A DNA stretch of 64,000 nt, taken from Sphaerodactylus townsendi. Lineage: Eukaryota. The stretch spans positions 17,608,001 through 17,672,000 of the forward strand of contig NC_059440.1 in NCBI RefSeq assembly GCF_021028975.2. Reading direction: 5' to 3'. Shown one piece after another: positions 1-10,100 of the stretch (position 1 is the stretch's first letter; every line of letters starts with the position of its first letter). Position numbers and translations under genes: made by a program. The notes beneath the pieces were generated by a model that searched no databases, was not told where the DNA came from, and saw only the letters and a list, made by a program, of their open reading frames with translations.

Positions 1-537
1 TAGATCTTATGTTCTGAGTGGCTTCTGATAGAAAAGCACTCTGCACATGCATAGTGTTTTTACATGTTGAGCTATTTTTTGTGATACAAATAGAATGCGG
101 TGGCTGATCTGAATTAAAATGATTGCTGTATGGAACGACTCCACGGGCAAACTTCTCAGAGTTCAGTGAAGCGGTTCAGCTTTAAAAAAAAATTATGTCA
201 GTAGCAGAACAGTCACTTTTTATTTCTTTTTTACAATCAGTGCATGTGATGGTGGTTTGCAGTGCAGGGAAGAACGCAGGGGAAAGTGCTTTTGAAATAC
301 AAGGCAGGAATTGGTATGCGGTAAAACCACACACACTAAGGCCCTTTCCGCACATGCAGAATAATGCACTTTCAATCCACTGAAGATTCTGTGTGGTTGG
401 AAAGCAGCCTGCCCTGCAGGGTTGTCACGAGGGCAAACGTGAAGCAAAGGAGAGCCTTGAGACATGATAGCTTGCTTTCGTGCTTACTTGCATCCCGCAG
501 TACACAGTACATACTAAAAAATACTGTTTCTTTCCTG

Positions 538-945
538 ATTCTGGTGGGTTTTCCGGGCTGTGTGGCCGTGGTCTGGTGGATTTTGTTCCTAACGTTTCGC
601 CTGCATCTGTGGCTGGCATCTTCAGAGCTGTATCATAGAGAAAAGTCTGTTTCACACTGTGTCTAGTGAGAAGGGAAAGTTTAGTGGGATATATTGTCCA
701 TGTCCCAGAGTGGGAAACCAATCATTAAGTGTTTGGGTGGAACTTGCTATGCAAAGGTGTGGTTGAGTGCATTGTCTTGCAGGTGGGGTTATCAGTCCAT
801 TTTTTTAAGTACTGGGAGCCAGGCTTTGCTAATTTTTCACAAACACCAGGACAACTTCAATAAGAAAGAAGAGACCACGGCCACGCAGCCCGGAAAACCC
901 ATCAGAACCAGTTGAATCCGGCCGTGAAAGCCTTCGACAGTACAT
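538..945. mobile_element. Penelope-like retroelement fragment with internal inversion
   Basis: Inverted terminal segments 539-574 / 872-908; C-terminal peptide HKHQDNFNKKEE on + and KAWLPVLKK on -; hammerhead-like core; 13-bp flanking duplication TGTTTCTTTCCTG. Confidence 0.8.
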
Positions 946-1029
946 TGTTTCTTTCCTGTTTTCCCTCACAGCATTTTGTCATCCTGAAATAAACCTCAAG
1001 AAGGTTTGGAACAGTGAAATCAGACAAAG

Positions 1030-1112
1030 ATGACCAAAACCGAGGAGCTTCCCGAGGGCCATTCCTCTGGGGAATTTTATGAGAAATATGAGCCAAAGGA
1101 AATCTTGGGAAG
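1030..1112 (+). CDS. PHKG1: PHKG1 coding exon 1 (exon starts at 972 with 5' UTR)
   Basis: ATG at 1030, [27 protein letters not shown]; acceptor cacag ends 971; donor gtaaaa at 1113. Confidence 0.93.
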
Positions 1113-4100
1113 GTAAAAATATAAATCTGTTTGGCTAGAGATTGAGGTACAGTACTACCATAAAACACTTTGTCTGTTCTTCCAGAGGGGTGAGCAGCGT
1201 GGTTCGCCGGTGCATCCATAAAGTTACCAGGGAAGAATTTGCTGTTAAAATTATAGACATCACGGCTGGGAATTTGTCCCCAGAAGAAATTCAGGAATTG
1301 CGAGAAGCCACTCTGAAGGAAATAGACATCCTCCAGAAAGTATCTGGACATCCCAATGTCAGTAAGTCAGATTTTCCCACTGATAAAACTGAGCACCTGG
1401 AGCAGCTCATTTCTCACACCTAGAAAAGCCAACTCTGGTTTTGGAAATCCCTGGAGATTTGGGGGTGGTGCCTGAGAAAGTGAGAGATTGGGAAGGGTTG
1501 TGATGTCATTGGGAAGGATGTGATGTCATAGCGACCACTTTTTGTAGCTGCCGTTTCCTCCAGGGGAATGGATATCTATAGTCTGGAGATCAGACGTAAT
1601 CTGAGAAGAAATTCTGAGAGCCTACAGGTGCTAACTGTACTGTGGGACCATTCACAGTGGCTATAATTGGGAATATTGTAGTCTGAATAGTTATATTAAG
1701 CAATTTAATTCTCGTAGTGGCAAAGAAATATTCCGTCTGGGTTTGCCTACTGATATACATTCCAGTTCAGCAATTTCATATTGGGATTTCCCAGTAGATT
1801 TGGGATACTTGGGAAGGTGGCCATTTTTTTAACATCCGATTTGTGTCCATTTGTTCCTTCCAGCTAGCTGCTGCGCACTTAACGGTACGCAGAAATGTTG
1901 CCAGCAAGTGTCTGGGGCCTGTTTGTCATTCTTGTACAAAGGCTTATGATTCCTGGGAGTGTTTCTCACCACTGAGGGGTTGGCAAGCTCCAGTCTGGGA
2001 AGGCAAAGTTTGCAAAGCTTTGCTGGACAAATGCAATCCCTGTGGTCTGTTTCGAGGCTGACTCTAGGATGAGGAGTTCTTATTTTTATTGTGCCACCTA
2101 TCAGTGTGCATTCCCAGAGTCTTATGAGCCAGTGAGGTGGCAGATTTTGGGCATACTGTCAATTACTCCACTGTTTCCTGGTCTAACTTTTGTAGAGGTG
2201 CAGTCGTGGGGAATTTCTGCTCCAGCCGACTTGACAACCCTGAGCTGTTCTTTGTGGATTCTGACATTTGCTGTATAAACTGAACCAGTTCTGTTGTCAC
2301 GGTTGAGGACAGTGACGGTTTCCATCTAGCCAGCCTCCCTCTCCCCCTTTCCGTTCCTTTTTATTACTGAATTTATTGTTTGTATTTCCCCTTCCTTCAT
2401 TAGAGTTTTAGTCATTCCTTCCCTTTCTGTTCCCCCTTGGATGTTTTTATGGCGCCATCGGAGTTTTTAGAGCATATTGCACGGGTGTCAAACTCGTTTG
2501 TTACAAGGGCTCAATATGACATAAATGTGACTTGGTCAGGCCCCAACAGGCTCACTAGCCCAGATCAGCGGGGGGTGGGGGTGGGGGATCTTGGAGGCTC
2601 ACCAAGGAGGCTCACCAAACGAGGCAGCCACCCCTTGGCACCAGACCAGATTGGGAGCAAGGGAGGGATTGCCTCAGCTCTCTTACAATGCCAGATCTGA
2701 CCCTCAGGCCTCATGTTTGACCTCCTGGTGTATAGTACTGTGGATCTTAATAGTTAACTGGCAATTTTAAATTATCTAATCATTGTAAGCCACCCTGGGT
2801 TTGTCTTGGTCAGGACAAGGTAGATTAAAAGTTGAATAAATCAATAAATGGTTTCCGCTAAGAAACCCAGGAATTGTAATTTAGTATGGATAACTGTAAA
2901 ATCCTGTTTGGGGGGTGAATATGCAAGATCTGTTTACTGTCACTGTCCTTTAACCATCCTGACATAATCACATCTGTTTGGTTAAATAAGGTTTTGGTTT
3001 TGTTTTTTTAAAAAAAGTGTATGCTAATGAACCAAATAGTAATTTTTAAGCTATGTTCATGACTGTGAGAATAGAACAGGGGAGGCCATTGATCTGGAAC
3101 CACTAATGGGGGACTAGAAGAGTGCTGCTCTTCCATGAATGGCTTCAGACGTTGATTTGGAAATCTTTATTTATTTTACTCACCTGCATCTCAGCGTTGA
3201 TTTGCAATGGCATACGACTTATGAAGGATAGAAATAACAACCCACTAAAGTGAACACTAAGAGTGACACTAAAGCAATCAGCAGATCTACAAGCTGCCAT
3301 CAAACAGAGGCCACTCGCTCAACCGCCTAAAAGAACAGGGGCAAATTTGCCAGTGTCTTAAAAGAGGCAAGCGATAGGATCTCTCTTTACTTCCTAAGGG
3401 TAGAGGGCATTCCAAGCCACTGGGGCAGCTGCCAAGAAGACCCTGTTCCTTGCGCATGATAAACTAGCATGAATAAAAGACAAGTATTCAGCACCTCACC
3501 AGAAATCAGTACAGTACAGTAAACCTTTATTAGGCATAAATAATTCTACATACGGTATGTTCGTTTCATAAACAACAATACAACGAGGCATCCAATACAC
3601 TGTTAGGATAAATTATACACAAACTTTCTGGAAACCTATTGTGATATCCATATGTTAATCAAAGCCGATTTGAACAACTTCTCATGAGCCTCAGACATTA
3701 AATCAATGTAATTTAGACTATTTGATACATCGAGGGACACATTTTAGTACCGTCTTTGAGATATTACTTCCGCTAGATATGTAGCGACCCTAAAGGTTAT
3801 CTCAGAAGATGCATCACTAAGGCCATTTCCGCACAGACAGATGTAAAGGAGTTTTACGCCGATGACATCGTGAAATTGGCGACGCCTCCGAAAAAAAGCT
3901 GCTCGCGACAGACAGGCTGGAGCCGCGGGCGCCCGCGAGTCCCGCGCAGAAATGTGCCGGTTCGCGAGATGGGAGTAGCGCTGTGCGAAGCCGCGTCTCG
4001 CCACGCCCGCTATGCTGCGCAAGACTCGCTAAGCAGCGCGATTGGCCGATCGGACGGACTGCCCTGATGTCCTGCCCGTCCCCCATCTGTCATTGCCTCC

Positions 4101-7100
4101 CCTCCCAGCTACTGTCTGTCCCAGTGCATGTTACCTGTGAGACCAGAGTGTGTATGGGCAGCCACCATCTGCACAGGCGACATGGATCTGGGAAAGGTGC
4201 TTGACCATGCAGGGAAATCACCAGGGACAAACGTGTGTGTGTGTGTGGGGGGGACGGTGACCAAGCTTGGCCTTTTGGCAGTCGCCATTGTTGGGAACCG
4301 CCCCGTGGGGGCGGTTTGCAATTTACTGCGCGCCGGGTAAAGCGTCACATGTGGGAAAAGAGCGCCGAAGCATTTCTTGAATACGCGCCTTCGCCACAGA
4401 TTACGCGTTTTCAGCGACAGCGCGACTGCTCACTCCTCCGCCAGCTTATAGCGCAAGCGGCTAACGCCTCGGCCTCTGACGTTTCTTTTCCCGTTTCCAC
4501 GATGTCATATTTCGCCCGTGCAGAAACGGCCTAAGTAAATACTTCACTACATAAGCCCAAGGCAAATTTGTTTTATCTTTGACAATCGGGGTTATATAGT
4601 GACTATGTAATGCAGAGTGAAGCTGACATTCTAGGAGGATATGCTGTATTGTATCCACGGCATTTACAGAGCATGGGCATCGTCTGTCAGCAAATAAAAC
4701 ACCTTGAAATCTCCCAATTGCAACTTTAGAAGGAAAGGCGTTTACTCTGGCAAGCATAAATGCTCTGCGACGAGATGGGCTGTCGAGACTATAGAGGTAT
4801 TTTGCTATCTTCACCAGAAATCTTAACTCACAGTTGGGCTCATACAGCAGGAGACATTGTCTGCAGTAATCTGAACCCAGGCAATTTAGAGCTTTAAAAG
4901 TCGCCTCAAAAAGAGGCCATAGCAGTTAAACTACCATTTTCAAGCACAGTGCACTTTGTTGTCGAAGGCTTTCATGGCCGGAATCACTAGGGTGTTGTGG
5001 GTTTTCCGGGTTGAATGCTACTGGAACATGGCCATACAAGCCATGTTTGCAGGGGTGACAAGTCATTACAACGTGAGCACACATTCTTAAGACACTGTGT
5101 TTTATTTCCAGTCCAGCTGAAGGACAGCTTCGAATCTCACACCTTCTTCTTCTTGGTGTTTGATCTGTGAGTATCATGTGTTTTGGAATTAACATATGCC
5201 GTTCAGTCACACTCGCAGGCCAGCCGTTTATTGAGATAGTACGCGTTGCACACATATGCAAGACAACCATGTGAATTTAGGAGATGGATCTGCCAGCAAG
5301 ATGTCAAAATATTAAAATGCAACAACACCTACTCAAAAAGCCTAGAGGGACAGGGCATTTTTAAAAATTAAAATGGAACTATACCCAACCTGAATGCCAA
5401 CAAGACATTTTTATGCCAGTTTGAAGGCAGAGTCAGATGATTGCCAAGGTGGTGACTGGGGTCTTATGCCCAGTTGTGGTCAACTCTGGCCCTCCTATGC
5501 TTTACCCCACTGCTGTTTCTTAAAGGATTTTTTCACAGACTCCAGTGCCAGAAGAGAGCATGGATGGATGAATAACAGATTCCAAAATGCAGCACAGCAA
5601 GGAAGGCTGAGGAATTTATTTATTTATTTATTCACTCATTCGTTCATTTGTTTGTTTGTTCGTTTGTTTGTTTACTATACCACCCTATCCCCTAAGGGCT
5701 CTGGGCGGTATACAGTTTAAACAAACACATCCATGTATCCCAATAAAAATATATTACATTTTAGTTAAAACACTTTAAAACATCCAGTACCTCCAACACA
5801 CAAACATAATCAACAGTAGCAGCAATATCAGTAGCCCAGTCATATGGCAGTCGAATCCGAATGTAATTCCAGGTGGAAAAATATGTAGGGATGGCACCCC
5901 ACCGGCCGGCCTCACCAAAAGCCCAGTGGAACAACTCTGTCTTGCAGGCCCTGCGGAACTGTTCTAAGTCCCACAGGACCCTGATGGTCGAGGGGAGGTT
6001 GTTCCAGCATGGCACTTCCACAGTCCAAGGCAGCATACCTAATAACGTGGTTGTGATGAGGTTGGCAACTGGGAAAAATTTTGGGTTCTAAGGCCTCTCT
6101 GTAGGCTTTCCCTGGTATCTAACTGGCTTCAGTGTCATTTCTGTTGGGTTGTGGCTATTGGTAAAAGCAGGATGCTCAACTAGATGGACCTCAAGGTCCT
6201 TCAGATGTTCTCATTGGCAGCCACGAGTTGCAATTTAATATTCCGTGCCCGTTCCAAGAACGGCCCATAAACACTCCCTGCCAATCTCAGAGCCAGCGAG
6301 GAGGGCTGAGTGCAGCTGTTTGGTGTCCCAACTTCTGCGTCCCGGCCCAGGGCTGGTTGCTCAGATTTCCCATAACCTTTGCTAAGGTCTCTGCTGCCAC
6401 AAAGATTCCTCGATTCTATTTTTAAGCATCTAGGTACTTGTGTGAGGTTTGGGGGTTGGCGTGTTTAGGCGACAAGACTCCTTTGAAAGGAATAGAATCA
6501 GACAAATGAGAATGTTTGAAGAAGGACTCCTCCTCTTCTCCTCTGAAATGTATAAAATCTCAAAGGGCTGAAGGGACTGTGAAAGGACCATGAAAGACTT
6601 TCCACGGTGATTCTGTGTAATGGTGGTAACCCCATGCCACCCCGTGCACTAAATTACATTCATTACAGCTATCAATTCCTGTGAGCTTAAGAATGCTGTC
6701 TGGTGCATTTCTGTATGTTTTCTTATTTTGATCACACCTCTTTCTGACCAGCCTACACTGCATCTTCTCAGCCCCACTCACCTCACAGGGTGTTTGTTGT
6801 GAGGGGGGAAGAGCAAGGAGATTGTAAGCCCCTTTGAGTCTCCTTACAGGAGAGAAAGGGGGATATAAATCCAAACTACTACTACTACTACTACTACTCG
6901 TTTTCTTCTTCTTCTTCTTCTTCGTCTTCGTCTTCTTCGTCTTCTTCGTCTTCTTCTTCCCGTTCACGTTGGATGTAACTAGATCATTAATTGCTTTCAA
7001 TATAGAAACACAGAAGAGTAACAGCCACAGAAGAGGCATCCTGTTGCTCCTCTGTATTGATCACGATTCTGAGCTTGCCTTTTTCTGCTGATCCAGAGGC

Positions 7101-10100
7101 ATGCCTAGAACAGTGGCTCATACAGAGACGTCAGGCAATTCTGTGGGTGGGTTGTCCTTAGTTTAAAAACAAATCTTTGTGGGGTGTGAGAGCGAAGCAA
7201 GTCTACAGTTTTGATTCTGGACCTATTTGAGGTTTTGGAACGATCTAGGACAGCGCTTCCCAACCTGAGTGTTTAGGGTACAGGAAAAAAATTACATAAA
7301 ATTACATAACGGGTTTGCTAATATGGGGATACAATTTTAGAGAAAAGGGTGGCCAAGAGGTATGCAAGAAGGAGGAGGAGGAGTTTGGATTTATACCCCA
7401 CCTTTCTCTCGGTGGAGGACTCATGCTGCGTTCCATGTGCTTCCATTTCCCTCGCTCTGAAAAAAAATGAATGGCACTCAAGGGGTTTATTCCACAAACT
7501 GCATCTTGCCAGATCATCAGGCTAAGCTCTGTCCTGGACCGTAGGGGCTGCTTAACATCAGAAGAAGAGTTTGGATTTATACCCCACCTTTCTCTCCTGT
7601 AAGGAGACTCAAGGTGTCTTACAAGCTCATTTCCCTCGGCTCTTTGAAAAAAAAATGAACAGCATCTCATGGGTTTATTCCACAAACTGCATCTTGCCAG
7701 ATCATCAGGCTAAGCTCTGTCCTGGACCGTAGGGGCTGCTTAACATCAGAAGAAGAGGTTGGATTTATACCCATCTTTCTCTCCTGTAAGGTGACACAAC
7801 GTGGCTTTCAAGCTCTTCTCCCTTTCTCTCCCCACAACAGACATCTTGTGAGATAGGTGGGGCTGAGAGAGTTCTGAGAGAACTGTGACTGGCCCAAGGT
7901 CACCCAGCAGGAATGTAGGAGTGCGGAAACACATCTGGTTCACCAGATAAGCCTCCGCCACTCATGTGGAAGAGTGGGGAATCAAACCCAGTTCTCCAGC
8001 TTAGAATCCACCTGCTCTTAACCACTACACTATGCTGGCAGAGGTAGGCACATTATAGCCTGAGAAGTCACTTAAAGTTACCCATGGTAAGGGATTTTCA
8101 GGAAATAGGCTCTGATGTATGGACCGGAGAGATCAGGGTTCAGGAGGGGGAAATGGTGACCATGCTCTCAGCCTTCTAGAATCGACATGCTAAGCATTCT
8201 ACCTTTTCCCAGACTTTGTGCTATCTGCCCTCTTGTTTTATTTTTCTCTATTTTTACTAGGATAATGCTAAGACACAGTTGCCTTATTTTTCAAAACACC
8301 TTTTCTTCCCTGAACACAGAATGAAAAGAGGGGAACTCTTTGATTACCTTACAGAGAAAGTGACCCTGAGCGAGAAGGAAACCAGGTAAGGGGTTCCAAC
8401 ACAAAATGGGGATCATAATATTGGTCTACCTTACAGGATTGTTGTCATGATTGCAGAGATCATGCCCAGGAAGACCACTGTAGTTCTTTTTGCACAGCCT
8501 TGTCCCTTCATCTGTATGCTCATTGGGTTTGACATTTTGATCATTCTATGTTGTGACCTGAGAAAAGCTGTTTCCCAACTCGTGCAATTTGGAAATATGG
8601 TGGAAAGTGCTTAGTGGTCGCTGACTTGGGTTTCCAGTAAAGAGATGAGCAGAGGTGGTTTGCCATTTCCTGCCTCTGCTTAGCAACCCTGGACTTTCTG
8701 GGTGGTCTCTCATCCAAGTATTAACCAGGGCCAACTCTACTTCGCTTCCATGATCTGATGAAATTGGGTAGCCTGTGCTATCCAGTTCAGCGCGCCAATG
8801 CAGTTACCAGGGATTAAATTGGGAAATTTCTGTATGTGCTCTGTCTTGAACTATGAGCAGGAATGGGAGACCAGAATGTATTTTTTTCCCTTCTGGGCAA
8901 TTCCATTTAGCTGACCAAAGAGTTCTTTCCTCCCGTCAGAAAGATCATGCGTGCCCTCTTGGAAGTGATGCAGTACCTTCATTCCATGAACATCGTTCAT
9001 AGAGACCTGAAGCCGGAAAATATCCTCCTGGACGACGACATGAACATCAAGCTGACTGACTTTGGTTTCTCATGTCAGTTGCAGAGAGATGAAAAACTCA
9101 AAGGTGACGTGACCTGCGTATCACAGAATCTGGGCACTATGCTGGGGCAGGGCTGCTTGGGTCCCCCCAGGTCTAGAAGGAAAAAGAGGACAGACTGTCA
9201 TACGAACATAAGAACAAGCCAGCTGGATCAGACCAGAGTCCATCTAGTCCAGCTCTCTGCTACTCGCAGTGGCCCACCAGGTGCCTTTGGGAGCTCACAT
9301 GCAGGATGTGAAAGCAATGGCCTTCTGCGGCTGTTGCTCCCGATCACCTGGTCTGCTAAGGCATTTGCAATCTCAGATCAAAGAGGATCAAGATTGGTAG
9401 CCATAGATCGACTTCTCCTCCATAAATCTGTCCAAGCCCCTTTTAAAGCTATCCAGGTTAGTGGCCATCACCACCTCCTGTAGCAGCATATTCCAAACAC
9501 CAATCACACGTTGCGTGAAGAAGTGCTTCCTTTTATTAGTCCTAATTCTTCCCCCCAGCATTTTCAATGAATGCCCCCTGGTTCTAGTATTGTGAGAAAG
9601 AGAGAAAAATTTCTCTCTGTCCACATTTTCTACCCCATGCATAATTTTATAGACTTCAATCATATCCCCCCTCAGATGTTTCTGCTCAGCAATCTGAAGA
9701 TCTGGGTTGTGTACATCAGGGGCGTCCAACTCTGGGCCTCCAGATGTTCATGGACTACAATTCCCTTGCTGGCAGGGGTGGATGGGAATTGTAGTCCATG
9801 AACATCTTTAGGGCCATAGCTGGACACACCTTGTATACAAAGTGAACTAGTTTGAATATTTCTTCTGAGCTGGAATTCTTTATTCTGCTTTTTCCACTTG
9901 CTTATATCGCTTGCTTTTGGTTCTGCAAGTCTTGGGGAGGAGCTATGGATTTTTGATAGTGTGTGCAGTGGCGTAGTGGTTAAGAGCAGGTGCATTCTAA
10001 TCTGGAGGAACCGGGTTTGATTCCCCGCTCTGCCGCCTGAGCTGTGGAGGCTTATCTGGGGCATTCAGATTAGCCTGTTCACTCCCACACATGCCAGCTG

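Noticed and set aside
70-84. MEF2 site upstream of muscle PHKG1 (gctatttttttg)
   Set aside because: Does not match YTAWWWWTAR.
3821-4531. CpG island suggesting a hidden gene promoter
   Set aside because: Exactly bounded by TIRs and TAA duplications; it is a MITE.
6560-7091. Lys/Ser-rich and Phe/Leu-rich ORFs
   Set aside because: Translations of a compound microsatellite SINE tail.
7370-7790. Regularly spaced repeats resembling a CRISPR array
   Set aside because: Eukaryotic intron, long SINE-derived units, no unique spacers, no cas genes.
8700-8790. 5S rRNA gene
   Set aside because: Decayed, partial and fused to a SINE body.
9966-10040. tRNA gene-like A/B boxes (many copies)
   Set aside because: SINE heads with no cloverleaf, continuing into the SINE body.
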